Shown: one piece after another, positions 23,519-37,136 of the stretch | How the letters are laid out: the number at the start of each line of letters is the position of its first letter | How positions within the stretch are numbered: the first letter of the stretch is position 1 | Origin: Isurus oxyrinchus | Lineage: Eukaryota | Direction of reading: 5' to 3' | Length of the DNA stretch: 64,000 nt | Assembly (NCBI GenBank): GCA_026770705.1 | Contig: JANJGN010000026.1 | Coordinates: 30,504,001 to 30,568,000, forward strand | Position numbers and translations under genes: made by a program | The notes under the pieces: generated by a model | Databases searched by the model: none | The model's input: the letters and a program-made list of their open reading frames with translations, nothing else | What the model was told of the DNA's origin: nothing

Positions 23519-23769
23519 AATACCTGCAAAAACTCAGCAAGTCTGGCAGCATCTGCGGAGAGGAACACAGTTAATAAATAGAAAAGAGGTAAAAGGTATA
23601 TGAGTTTTATATTTCTCCTCTTTTCCAATTTTACTCAGTTCTGTTGAAGAGTCATACGGACTCGAAACGTTAACTGTCTTCGTCTCCGCAGATGCTGCAA
23701 GACCTGCTGAGTTTTCCAGGTATTATTTTTGTTTTGGATTTCCAGCACCCGCAGTTTTTTGCTTTTATC
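23519..23769 (+). mobile_element. Fold-back hammerhead-bearing element (motif 23636-23676)
   Basis: Copy of 3572-3822. Confidence 0.75.
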
Positions 23770-25004
23770 TGCAGCAAAATCAGCACGTCTTTCGATGCAG
23801 CTTAAAACAGTTACTCACCATGTCAAAGGTATCTCATAGTAACGTGTGCTCATAAAGACAGACAAAGAGTGATCAGATCTAATTAACGCATCATTTTCAA
23901 GCCTATTCCCAGTGAAATTCTTGCATTTTGTTTAAAAGCTAACTGCGCTCGATTTCAAATGAGCACCATATGATTTGCATACCTGTTGACTGACATTCTT
24001 TCGTCTATCAGTCATGTTTGCAATTCGGGGCTGGTGTATATTTCAGAGAGTTTCAATTCAGACAAAGGCATGAATAACAGATAAAATATGAATATTAAAT
24101 ATAGAATAACGGAACAAGTACTGAGTTTCTTTAATTTCGTCTTCCAAGGATGAGAAGGATGTTCCTGATGATTGAGCAGAAAGCATTGCACTCGGAGACA
24201 TTTGCTGGACGGACACGTCTACATTTTGAAATTCAAAACAAGCTGAGGCACCAGGGTGAAACCAACAGTTGCTTCCCTGCAGCAAGTGACATGGACCCTC
24301 AGTCCAGCCATTGGAAACCTTCAAACACCCTGGTGGCTCAGCTCTGCCCAGTTTGTTCCACAAATATTTATCCTCTGTTAGATTCCGGTCCAGGATCAAA
24401 ATTATTTCAAACCAAATGAAGTAAAGGAACAATTGAAGCACGTGAACTTGGCCGGGGCCTGTTAAACTTCGGAACAAAAATGTTGCTCTCGGTTGAAGGC
24501 GAATGGAGCAAAAGTAATAAGATTGTAAAAATAGTAAGGTTGAAAAAAATAACACTTTCGCAAATTCGATGTGAGATCAATTGCATAATTACATCATGTA
24601 CATCTGGTAAAGTATATTAGGAACCCAAGTCCAAATCGTCATGTGAACCTTGTCAATTAAGGCAGAGCAAGCATGGATTCTGCAGAAATGACTTGTTCAA
24701 AAGAGAATTAAGTGATTTAATGAAAGGGAGAAGAAATAGCTCATTAATAGAGAGAAGCAAATTATGATGAATTCGTTTTCTCGTTTAAAAAGGGGCCTGA
24801 GATCGGATGTTGGAAGGGCCGCTTTTGTCATTGTTTGGATACGTGGGTGCTAGGCCATTTTATGAGTACATTGTTACATCGGTCTCGCTGCAGCGTTCCT
24901 GAGAACTGCAGCTGTACTCCATTTCTCCGCAATAGAGACCCAGATTGCTGCAGCGTTACAGCGCAGTTCAGCATTCCGGACAGGATTTATGGGACCGCAC
25001 GGCA

Positions 25005-25077
25005 GTTTCTGTAGTGTAGTGGTTATCACGTTCGCCTCACACGCGAAAGGTCCCCGGTTCGAAACCGGGCAGAAACA
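25005..25077 (+). tRNA. tRNA-Val-CAC: tRNA-Val(CAC), type A
   Basis: Identical to 69-141. Confidence 0.97.
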
Positions 25078-26563
25078 TTATGCAAACTTCGTCATTAAAT
25101 ATGAGGCTAATTTGCGTCGTTGAAGCCTCCATGAATCTCCTATGGTGCAGGCGATATTGCATTTGCTCTCACCGAGGTCTCAAAATGAATGCAGCAAAAT
25201 CAGCACCTGCTGAGATTCCACGACACACTTGAGTGGATAGATGTTCGTAGTTTACTGCGCTTACATATTAGCAGCTCGTTTAGTCAACACGATAAATCCA
25301 TGGACTTTTCGATGCACTTACGAAAGTTATTCACCGTGTCAAAGGTTTCTCAGTGTAACGTGTGCTCTTAAAGACAGACAAAGAGGGATCAGATTTATTA
25401 ATGCATCATTCCCAAGCCTATTTCCTGTAAAATTCTTTGATTTTGTTGAAATGCTGACTGTTGTGCTACATCTCACATCAGACCCATAGCAAATGCATTA
25501 CCTGGTGACTTACATTCTTTTGTTTGACAATCAAGTTTGCAATTCGATGTTGTCGTTTTCAGAGAGCATCAAGTCAACCAAGGGCATCACTGTCAAATAC
25601 ATTATTACTGAATGGTGGATAAGGTAAAACAAATTGCTGAGAAAAGTTTGTTGAATTTCTTCTGCCGAGGAGAAGTGTGTTCATAATGATTTACCCGGAA
25701 GTATTGCTGCCTAAGACATTTGCTGAACCGAGCCTTCTGCATTTTGAAATTCAAACAAACAGCGGCACCAGGTGGAAACTAAGAATTGTCTTTCTGTAAC
25801 AAGTGACATGACCTCTCAGTCTAACCATTGCAATCCTCCAAACATTCTGGTAGATCAGCACTATCCTGTTTCCTAGAGAAATATATATTCTGTAAAATTA
25901 CATTCCCAGAACAAAATTATATTTAAACAACTGAACGAAACGACCTCTTACAGCATGTGATCCTGACAGGGCTCTGTTTAACTGTAGCAATCATTTTCCT
26001 CCGTGATATAACACCCTGGATTAATGAGTCATGGAGCAAATGTAATCAGATTGTGGAAATAATTCAGAAATAATGAGATGTTTGATCAGAAAAGTAAGCA
26101 TTTGCGTCAATTCGATATGAAAACAAGAGATAAGTAAATAATGTTCATATGCATAGCTATGTATGGAACACAAGTCTAAACCTTCATGGCACTGGGCGAG
26201 GGAAACGTTGTTAATTCAGGCAAACTAGGCTTGGTATCTGCGCAAACTCCTTTTTCAAAAGGGAATGATGCAATTAGTTGCTATGCAGAAAAATAACAAG
26301 TTCACTAATAGAGACTAATAGTTCACTGGGATTAATTCGTTGGCTCTTTAAAAAAAACTGACAGAGAAAAGATGATGGAAGGGCCATTGCATGGATACAT
26401 GGTGTTAAGCCATTTTATGATGACATTGTTATTGAGTCTGTCTGCAGCATTCCCAATTATAGCAGCTGAATTCCATTTGTCCCATCCAAAGAGCCAAAGC
26501 GCTGCTGCATGACATCACAGTTTACCATTCCAGATAGATTGACTGCAGTCATGTCTGGCCAAT

Positions 26564-26636
26564 GTTTCTGTAGTGTAGTGGTTGTCACGTTTGCCTCACA
26601 CGCGAAAAATCACCGGTTTGAAACCAGGCAGAAACC
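26564..26636 (+). pseudogene. tRNA-Val(CAC) pseudogene, type B
   Basis: Same as 1628-1700. Confidence 0.88.
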
Positions 26637-26984
26637 TTATCCAAGCCTGCCAATTTTGAGAGAGGAAAATTTGTGTATGTCATGTGTGTTGTTGAATGTT
26701 ACCTCAATCTCACATGCTACAGAAATGGTGCTTTTGCTCTTACCTGGGCCTTGAAATGAATGCAGCAAAATGAGAAATACTGAAATTTCATGACATACTG
26801 AGTAGAAATAGATGTTCGTTTTTTGACTCAGCGCGCATTTTAGCAGTTCGTCTGGCCAGCAACAGAATTTAGTGGGTTCTCGATGCAGATTTACATCGTT
26901 ACCCACCATCTCAAAGAGATGTCTCATGCTAAGGTGTGCACCTTACCATTCCAGATAGATTGACTGCAGTCATGTCTGGCCAAT

Positions 26985-27055
26985 GTTTCTGTAGTGTAGT
27001 GGTTGTCACGTTTGCCTCACACGCGAAAAATCACCGGTTTGAAACCAGGCAGAAA
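26985..27055 (+). pseudogene. Extra duplicated tRNA-Val pseudogene B' (3'-truncated by 2 nt)
   Basis: Lies in the 113-bp exact copy (26943-27055) of 26522-26634. Confidence 0.88.
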
Positions 27056-28412
27056 GGCGCAAGCGATGCTTCAATTGAACCAGAGGAAATGACAGACCTG
27101 TTACAGAATCACTCCTTTAAATATTCGGTCTTCAGCATAGAGTATCAGAAAAAATGACCGAGGGAGTCATGGAAACCGAGGCACAGTGCAGATCTGCTGG
27201 CTTCCCCCTCCTGTCTTCTACATGGTTGTGATTAAGGCACCAGAAGGCTTCTCACCTGCAGCAAAGAGGGATCAAATATAATGACTGCATAATTCTCAAA
27301 ACTGCTCCCAGTAAAATTCCTGCATTATGTTTAAAAGCTAATTGTACTCAATTTCAAAAGAGCACCACATGGTTTGCATTACCTGTTGATTGGCATTCTT
27401 TTGTCTATCAGTCATGTTTGCAATTCGAGTTTCGGTGTATCTTTCAGAGAGTCTCAATTCAAATGAAGGCAGCAATAACAGATACAATATTAATATTAAA
27501 TATAGAATAACGGAACAAATGCGGAGTGAAGTTTGTTTAATTTTGTCTGCCAAGGATAAGACGGATATTCCTAATAATTGAGCAGAAAGCATTCCACCCG
27601 GAGACATTTGCTGGATGGACACGCCTAGATTTTGAAGTTCAATTAAGCTGAGGCACCAGGCTGAAACGAACAGCTGTCTTCCTGCAACAAGTGACCCTCA
27701 GTCCAACCATTGGAAACCTCCAAACATTCTGGTAGCTCAGCATTGCCTGGGTGCTCCACAAATATTTATCCTCTGTTAGATTCCGGTCCAGGATCAAACT
27801 GATTTCAGACCAAATGAAGTAAATGAAGAGTTGAAGCATGCAATCTTGGCAGGGCCCTGCTAAACTCCGGAACAAACATTTTCCTCTGTAATATAGCACC
27901 CTCGATTGAATGGCTGAGGAGCAAAATGATAAGATTGTAAAAATAGTAAGGTTGAAAAATCACACTTTCGCAAGTTCGATATGAGCTCAATTGCATAATT
28001 ACATCATGTTCATGTGGCGAAGTACATGAGGAACCCAAGTCCAAATCGTCATGTGAACCTTGTGAGTTAAGGTAACCCAGGCATGGATTCTGCAGAAACG
28101 ACTTTTTCAAAAGGGAATTCAGCAATTTAATGAAAGGGAGGAAAAAACTGGTACACTAAGAGAGAGAAGCAATTTGCGATTAGTTAGTGTGCTCGTTTAA
28201 CAAAGGGGCCTCGGATCGGACGATAGAAGGGCCTCGTATGCCTTTGATTGGATGCACGGTGCTAGGCCATTTTATGATTACATTGTTCGACGAGTCTCGC
28301 TGCAGCGTTCCTGAGAATAGCAGCTGTATTTCATTTCTCCGCAACAGGGACTCAGATTGCTGCAGCGTTATAGCGCAGTTTAGCATTCCAGACAAAGCTT
28401 CGTGACGTGTCC

Positions 28413-28485
28413 GTTTCTGTAGTGTAGTGGCTATCACATTCGCCTAACACGCGAAAGGTCCCCGGTTCGAAACCGGGCAGAAACA
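28413..28485 (+). tRNA. tRNA-Val-AAC: tRNA-Val(AAC), type C
   Basis: Identical to 3373-3445. Confidence 0.93.
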
Positions 28486-28611
28486 TTATGAAAACTTAAT
28501 CATTAAATATTTAAGATAATTTTCATCTTTGAAGCTTACCTGAATTTCCAATGTTGCATGCAAATTACATTTGCTCTCACCGAGGTCATAAAGCGCATGC
28601 AGCCAATTCAG

Positions 28612-28862
28612 AATACCTGCAAAAACTCAGCAAGTCTGGCAGCATCTGCGGAGAGGAACACAGTTAATAAATAGAAAAGAGGTAAAAGGTATTTGAGTTT
28701 TATATTTCTCCTCTTTTCCAATTTTACTCAGTTCTGTTGAAGAGTCATACGGACTCGAAACGTTAACTGTCTTCGTCTCCGCAGATGCTGCAAGACCTGC
28801 TGAGTTTTCCAGGTATTATTTTTGTTTTGGATTTCCAGCACCCGCAGTTTTTTGCTTTTATC
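28612..28862 (+). mobile_element. Fold-back hammerhead-bearing element (motif 28729-28769)
   Basis: Copy of 3572-3822. Confidence 0.75.
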
Positions 28863-30097
28863 TGCAGCAAAATCAGCACGTCTTTCGATGCAGCTTAAAA
28901 CAGTTACTCACCATGTCAAAGGTATCTCATAGTAACGTGTGCTCATAAAGACAGACAAAGAGTGATCAGATCTAATTAACGCATCATTTTCAAGCCTATT
29001 CCCAGTGAAATTCTTGCATTTTGTTTAAAAGCTAACTGCGCTCGATTTCAAATGAGCACCATATGATTTGCATACCTGTTGACTGACATTCTTTCGTCTA
29101 TCAGTCATGTTTGCAATTCGGGGCTGGTGTATATTTCAGAGAGTTTCAATTCAGACGAAGGCATGAATAACAGATAAAATATGAATATTAAATATAGAAT
29201 AACGGAACAAGTACTGAGTTTCTTTAATTTCGTCTTCCAAGGATGAGAAGGATGTTCCTGATGATTGAGCAGAAAGCATTGCACTCGGAGACATTTGCTG
29301 GACGGACACGTCTACATTTTGAAATTCAAAACAAGCTGAGGCACCAGGGTGAAACCAACAGTTGCTTCCCTGCAGCAAGTGACATGGACCCTCAGTCCAG
29401 CCATTGGAAACCTTCAAACACCCTGGTGGCTCAGCTCTGCCCAGTTTGTTCCACAAATATTTATCCTCTGTTAGATTCCGGTCCAGGATCAAAATTATTT
29501 CAAACCAAATGAAGTAAAGGAACAATTGAAGCACGTGAACTTGGCCGGGGCCTGTTAAACTTCGGAACAAAAATTTTGCTCTCGGTTGAAGGCGAATGGA
29601 GCAAAAGTAATAAGATTGTAAAAATAGTAAGGTTGAAAAAAATAACACTTTCGCAAATTCGATGTGAGATCAATTGCATAATTACATCATGTACATCTGG
29701 TAAAGTATATTAGGAACCCAAGTCCAAATCGTCATGTGAACCTTGTCAATTAAGGCAGAGCAAGCATGGATTCTGCAGAAATGACTTGTTCAAAAGAGAA
29801 TTAAGTGATTTAATGAAAGGGAGAAGAAATAGCTCATTAATAGAGAGAAGCAAATTATGATGAATTCGTTTTCTCGTTTAAAAAGGGGCCTGAGATCGGA
29901 TGTTGGAAGGGCCGCTTTTGTCATTGTTTGGATACGTGGGTGCTAGGCCATTTTATGAGTACATTGTTACATCGGTCTCGCTGCAGCGTTCCTGAGAACT
30001 GCAGCTGTATTCCATTTCTCCGCAATAGAGACCCAGATTGCTGCAGCGTTACAGCGCAGTTCAGCATTCCGGACAGGAGTCATGGGACCGCACGGCA

Positions 30098-30170
30098 GTT
30101 TCTGTAGTGTAGTGGTTATCACGTTCGCCTCACACGCGAAAGGTCCCCGGTTCGAAACCGGGCAGAAACA
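30098..30170 (+). tRNA. tRNA-Val-CAC: tRNA-Val(CAC), type A
   Basis: Identical to 69-141. Confidence 0.97.
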
Positions 30171-31655
30171 TTATGCAAACTTCGTCATTAAATATGAGGC
30201 TAATTTGCGTCGTTGAAGCCTCCATGAATCTCCTATGGTGCAGGCGATATTGCATTTGCTCTCACCGAGGTCTCAAAATGAATGCAGCAAAATCAGCACC
30301 TGCTGAGATTCCACGACACACTTGAGTGGATAGATGTTCGTAGTTTACTGCGCTTACATATTAGCAGCTCGTTTAGTCAACACGATAAATCCATGGACTT
30401 TTCGATGCACTTACGAAAGTTATTCACCGTGTCAAAGGTTTCTCAGTGTAACGTGTGCTCTTAAAGACAGACAAAGAGGGATCAGATTTATTAATGCATC
30501 ATTCCCAAGCCTATTTCCTGTAAAATTCTTTGATTTTGTTGAAATGCTGACTGTTGTGCTACATCTCACATCAGACCCATAGCAAATGCATTACCTGGTG
30601 ACTTACATTCTTTTGTTTGACAATCAAGTTTGCAATTCGATGTTGTCGTTTTCAGAGAGCATCAAGTCAACCAAGGGCATCACTGTCAAATACATTATTA
30701 CTGAATGGTGGATAAGGTAAAACAAATTGCTGAGAAAAGTTTGTTGAATTTCTTCTGCCGAGGAGAAGTGTGTTCATAATGATTTACCCGGAAGTATTGC
30801 TGCCTAAGACATTTGCTGAACCGAGCCTTCTGCATTTTGAAATTCAAACAAACAGCGGCACCAGGTGGAAACTAAGAATTGTCTTTCTGTAACAAGTGAC
30901 ATGACCTCTCAGTCTAACCATTGCAATCCTCCAAACATTCTGGTAGATCAGCACTATCCTGTTTCCTAGAGAAATATATATTCTGTAAAATTACATTCCC
31001 AGAACAAAATTATATTTAAACAACTGAACGAAACGACCTCTTACAGCATGTGATCCTGACAGGGCTCTGTTTAACTGTAGCAATCATTTTCCTCCGTGAT
31101 ATAACACCCTGGATTAATGAGTCATGGAGCAAATGTAATCAGATTGTGGAAATAATTCAGAAATAATGAGATGTTTGATCAGAAAAGTAAGCATTTGCGT
31201 CAATTCGATATGAAAACAAGAGATAAGTAAATAATGTTCATATGCATAGCTATGTATGGAACACAAGTCTAAACCTTCATGGCACTGGGCGAGGGAAACG
31301 TTGTTAATTCAGGCAAACTAGGCTTGGTATCTGCGCAAACTCCTTTTTCAAAAGGGAATGATGCAATTAGTTGCTATGCAGAAAAATAACAAGTTCACTA
31401 ATAGAGACTAATAGTTCACTGGGATTAATTCGTTGGCTCTTTAAAAAAACTGACAGAGAAAAGATGATGGAAGGGCCATTGCATGGATACATGGTGTTAA
31501 GCCATTTTATGATGACATTGTTATTGAGTCTGTCTGCAGCATTCCCAATTATAGCAGCTGAATTCCATTTGTCCCATCCAAAGAGCCAAAGCGCTGCTGC
31601 ATGACATCACAGTTTACCATTCCAGATAGATTGACTGCAGTCATGTCTGGCCAAT

Positions 31656-31728
31656 GTTTCTGTAGTGTAGCGGTTGTCACGTTTGCCTCACACGCGAAAA
31701 ATCACCGGTTTGAAACCAGGCAGAAACC
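31656..31728 (+). pseudogene. tRNA-Val(CAC) pseudogene, type B
   Basis: As 1628-1700 plus T16C. Confidence 0.88.
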
Positions 31729-33400
31729 TAATCCAAGCCTGCCAATTTTGAGAGAGGAAAATTTGTGTATGTCATGTGTGTTGTTGAATGTTACCTCAAT
31801 CTCACATGCTACAGAAATGGTGCTTTTGCTCTTACCTGGGCCTTGAAATGAATGCAGCAAAATGAGAAATACTGAAATTTCATGACATACTGAGTAGAAA
31901 TAGATGTTCGTTTTTTGACTCAGCGCGCATTTTAGCAGTTCGTCTGGCCAGCAACAGAATTTAGTGGGTTCTTGATGCAGATTTACATCGTTACCCACCA
32001 TCTCAAAGAGATGTCTCATGCTAAGGTGTGCACATAAGGACAGGCGCAAGCGATGCTTCAATTGAACCAGAGGAAATGACAGACCTGTTACAGAATCACT
32101 CCTTTAAATATTCGGTCTTCAGCATAGAGTATCAGAAAAAATGACCGAGGGAGTCATGGAAACCGAGGCACAGTGCAGATCTGCTGGCTTCCCCCTCCTG
32201 TCTTCTACATGGTTGTGATTAAGGCACCAGAAGGCTTCTCACCTGCAGCAAAGAGGGATCAAATATAATGACTGTATAATTCTCAAAACTGCTCCCAGTA
32301 AAATTCCTGCATTATGTTTAAAAGCTAATTGTACTCAATTTCAAAAGAGCACCACATGGTTTGCATTACCTGTTGATTGGCATTCTTTTGTCTATCAGTC
32401 ATGTTTGCAATTCGAGTTTCGGTGTATCTTTCAGAGAGTCTCAATTCAAATGAAGGCAGCAATAACAGATACAATATTAATATTAAATATAGAATAAGGG
32501 AACAAATGCGGAGTGAAGTTTGTTTAATTTTGTCTGCCAAGGATAAGACGGATATTCCTAATAATTGAGCAGAAAGCATTCCACCCGGAGACATTTGCTG
32601 GATGGACACGCCTAGATTTTGAAGTTCAATTAAGCTGAGGCACCAGGCTGAAACGAACAGCTGTCTTCCTGCAACAAGTGACCCTCAGTCCAACCATTGG
32701 AAACCTCCAAACATTCTGGTAGCTCAGCATTGCCTGGTTTGCTCCACAAATATTTATCCTCTGTTAGATTCCGGTCCAGGATCAAACTGATTTCAAACCA
32801 AATGAAGTAAATGAAGAATTGAAGCATGCAATCTTGGCAGGGCCCTGCTAAACTCCGGAACAAACATTTTCCTCTGTAATATAGCACCCTCGATTGAATG
32901 GCTGAGGAGCAAAATGATAAGATTGTAAAAATAGTAAGGTTGAAAAATCACACTTTCGCAAGTTCGATATGAGCTCAATTGCATAATTACATCATGTTCA
33001 TCTGGCGAAGTACATGAGGAACCCAAGTCCAAATCGTCATGTGAACCTTGTGAGTTAAGGTAACCCAGGCATGGATTCTGCAGAAACGACTTTTTCAAAA
33101 GGGAATTCAGCAATTTAATGAAAGGGAGGAAAAAACTGGTACACTAAGAGAGAGAAGCAATTTGCGATGAGTTACTGTGCTCGTTTAACAAAGGGGCCTC
33201 GGATCGGACGATAGAAGGGCCTTGTATGCCTTTGATTGGATGCACGGTGCTAGGCCATTTTATGATTACATTGTTAGACGAGTCTCGCTGCAGCGTTCCT
33301 GAGAATAGCAGCTGTATTTCATTTCTCCGCAACAGGGACTCAGATTGCTGCAGCGTTATAGCGCAGTTTAGCATTCCAGACAATGCTTCGTGACGTGTCC

Positions 33401-33473
33401 GTTTCTGTAGTGTAGTGGCTATCACATTCGCGTAACACGCGAAAGGTCCCCCGTTCGAAACCGGGCAGAAACA
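33401..33473 (+). tRNA. tRNA-Val-AAC: tRNA-Val(AAC), C32G + G52C variant
   Basis: Same as 23320-23392. Confidence 0.75.
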
Positions 33474-33599
33474 TTATGAAAACTTAATGATTAAATATTT
33501 AAGATAATTTGCATCTTTGAAGCTTACCTGAATTTCCAATGTTGCATGCAAATTGCATTTGCTCTCACCGAGGTCATAAAGCGCATGCAGCCAATTCAG

Positions 33600-33850
33600 A
33601 ATACCTGCAAAAACTCAGCAAGTCTGGCAGCATCTGCGGAGAGGAACACAGTTAATAAATAGAAAAGAGGTAAAAGGTATATGAGTTTTATATTTCTCCT
33701 CTTTTCCAATTTTACTCAGTTCTGTTGAAGAGTCATACGGACTCGAAACGTTAACTGTCTTCGTCTCCGCAGATGCTGCAAGACCTGCTGAGTTTTCCAG
33801 GTATTATTTTTGTTTTGGATTTCCAGCACCCGCAGTTTTTTGCTTTTATC
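33600..33850 (+). mobile_element. Fold-back hammerhead-bearing element (motif 33717-33757)
   Basis: Copy of 3572-3822. Confidence 0.75.
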
Positions 33851-35085
33851 TGCAGCAAAATCAGCACGTCTTTCGATGCAGCTTAAAACAGTTACTCACC
33901 ATGTCAAAGGTATCTCATAGTAACGTGTGCTCATAAAGACAGACAAAGAGTGATCAGATCTAATTAACGCATCATTTTCAAGCCTATTCCCAGTGAAATT
34001 CTTGCATTTTGTTTAAAAGCTAACTGCGCTCGATTTCAAATGAGCACCATATGATTTGCATACCTGTTGACTGACATTCTTTCGTCTATCAGTCATGTTT
34101 GCAATTCGGGGCTGGTGTATATTTCAGAGAGTTTCAATTCAGACAAAGGCATGAATAACAGATAAAATATGAATATTAAATATAGAATAACGGAACAAGT
34201 ACTGAGTTTCTTTAATTTCGTCTTCCAAGGATGAGAAGGATGTTCCTGATGATTGAGCAGAAAGCATTGCACTCGGAGACATTTGCTGGACGGACACGTC
34301 TACATTTTGAAATTCAAAACAAGCTGAGGCACCAGGGTGAAACCAACAGTTGCTTCCCTGCAGCAAGTGACATGGACCCTCAGTCCAGCCATTGGAAACC
34401 TTCAAACACCCTGGTGGCTCAGCTCTGCCCAGTTTGTTCCACAAATATTTATCCTCTGTTAGATTCCGGTCCAGGATCAAAATTATTTCAAACCAAATGA
34501 AGTAAAGGAACAATTGAAGCACGTGAACTTGGCCGGGGCCTGTTAAACTTCGGAACAAAAATGTTGCTCTCGGTTGAAGGCGAATGGAGCAAAAGTAATA
34601 AGATTGTAAAAATAGTAAGGTTGAAAAAAATAACACTTTCGCAAATTCGATGTGAGATCAATTGCATAATTACATCATGTACATCTGGTAAAGTATATTA
34701 GGAACCCAAGTCCAAATCGTCATGTGAACCTTGTCAATTAAGGCAGAGCAAGCATGGATTCTGCAGAAATGACTTGTTCAAAAGAGAATTAAGTGATTTA
34801 ATGAAAGGGAGAAGAAATAGCTCATTAATAGAGAGAAGCAAATTATGATGAATTCGTTTTCTCGTTTAAAAAGGGGCCTGAGATCGGATGTTGGAAGGGC
34901 CGCTTTTGTCATTGTTTGGATACGTGGGTGCTAGGCCATTTTATGAGTACATTGTTACATCGGTCTCGCTGCAGCGTTCCTGAGAAATGCAGCTGTACTC
35001 CATTTCTCCGCAATAGAGACCCAGATTGCTGCAGCGTTACAGCGCAGTTCAGCATTCCGGACAGGATTTATGGGACCGCACGGCA

Positions 35086-35158
35086 GTTTCTGTAGTGTAG
35101 TGGTTATCACGTTCGCCTCACACGCGAAAGGTCCCCGGTTCGAAACCGGGCAGAAACA
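35086..35158 (+). tRNA. tRNA-Val-CAC: tRNA-Val(CAC), type A
   Basis: Identical to 69-141. Confidence 0.97.
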
Positions 35159-36644
35159 TTATGCAAACTTCGTCATTAAATATGAGGCTAATTTGCGTCG
35201 TTGAAGCCTCCATGAATCTCCTATGGTGCAGGCGATATTGCATTTGCTCTCACCGAGGTCTCAAAATGAATGCAGCAAAATCAGCACCTGCTGAGATTCC
35301 ACGACACACTTGAGTGGATAGATGTTCGTAGTTTACTGCGCTTACATATTAGCAGCTCGTTTAGTCAACACGATAAATCCATGGACTTTTCGATGCACTT
35401 ACGAAAGTTATTCACCGTGTCAAAGGTTTCTCAGTGTAACGTGTGCTCTTAAAGACAGACAAAGAGGGATCAGATTTATTAATGCATCATTCCCAAGCCT
35501 ATTTCCTGTAAAATTCTTTGATTTTGTTGAAATGCTGACTGTTGTGCTACATCTCACATCAGACCCATAGCAAATGCATTACCTGGTGACTTACATTCTT
35601 TTGTTTGACAATCAAGTTTGCAATTCGATGTTGTCGTTTTCAGAGAGCATCAAGTCAACCAAGGGCATCACTGTCAAATACATTATTACTGAATGGTGGA
35701 TAAGGTAAAACAAATTGCTGAGAAAAGTTTGTTGAATTTCTTCTGCCGAGGAGAAGTGTGTTCATAATGATTTACCCGGAAGTATTGCTGCCTAAGACAT
35801 TTGCTGAACCGAGCCTTCTGCATTTTGAAATTCAAACAAACAGCGGCACCAGGTGGAAACTAAGAATTGTCTTTCTGTAACAAGTGACATGACCTCTCAG
35901 TCTAACCATTGCAATCCTCCAAACATTCTGGTAGATCAGCACTATCCTGTTTCCTAGAGAAATATATATTCTGTAAAATTACATTCCCAGAACAAAATTA
36001 TATTTAAACAACTGAACGAAACGACCTCTTACAGCATGTGATCCTGACAGGGCTCTGTTTAACTGTAGCAATCATTTTCCTCCGTGATATAACACCCTGG
36101 ATTAATGAGTCATGGAGCAAATGTAATCAGATTGTGGAAATAATTCAGAAATAATGAGATGTTTGATCAGAAAAGTAAGCATTTGCGTCAATTCGATATG
36201 AAAACAAGAGATAAGTAAATAATGTTCATATGCATAGCTATGTATGGAACACAAGTCTAAACCTTCATGGCACTGGGCGAGGGAAACGTTGTTAATTCAG
36301 GCAAACTAGGCTTGGTATCTGCGCAAACTCCTTTTTCAAAAGGGAATGATGCAATTAGTTGCTATGCAGAAAAATAACAAGTTCACTAATAGAGACTAAT
36401 AGTTCACTGGGATTAATTCGTTGGCTCTTTAAAAAAAACTGACAGAGAAAAGATGATGGAAGGGCCATTGCATGGATACATGGTGTTAAGCCATTTTATG
36501 ATGACATTGTTATTGAGTCTGTCTGCAGCATTCCCAATTATAGCAGCTGAATTCCATTTGTCCCATCCAAAGAGCCAAAGCGCTGCTGCATGACATCACA
36601 GTTTACCATTCCAGATAGATTGACTGCAGTCATGTCTGGCCAAT

Positions 36645-36717
36645 GTTTCTGTAGTGTAGTGGTTGTCACGTTTGCCTCACACGCGAAAAATCACCGGTTT
36701 GAAACCAGGCAGAAACC
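36645..36717 (+). pseudogene. tRNA-Val(CAC) pseudogene, type B
   Basis: Same as 1628-1700. Confidence 0.88.
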
Positions 36718-37065
36718 TTATCCAAGCCTGCCAATTTTGAGAGAGGAAAATTTGTGTATGTCATGTGTGTTGTTGAATGTTACCTCAATCTCACATGCTA
36801 CAGAAATGGTGCTTTTGCTCTTACCTGGGCCTTGAAATGAATGCAGCAAAATGAGAAATACTGAAATTTCATGACATACTGAGTAGAAATAGATGTTCGT
36901 TTTTTGACTCAGCGCGCATTTTAGCAGTTCGTCTGGCCAGCAACAGAATTTAGTGGGTTCTCGATGCAGATTTACATCGTTACCCACCATCTCAAAGAGA
37001 TGTCTCATGCTAAGGTGTGCACCTTACCATTCCAGATAGATTGACTGCAGTCATGTCTGGCCAAT

Positions 37066-37136
37066 GTTTCTGTAGTGTAGTGGTTGTCACGTTTGCCTCA
37101 CACGCGAAAAATCACCGGTTTGAAACCAGGCAGAAA
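37066..37136 (+). pseudogene. Extra duplicated tRNA-Val pseudogene B'
   Basis: Lies in insertion 37024-37136, same junctions. Confidence 0.88.

Noticed and set aside
26943-27055. Retroposed tRNA copy
   Set aside because: It includes 42 bp of upstream flank, has no CCA, poly(A) or target-site duplication, and is accompanied by a target deletion.
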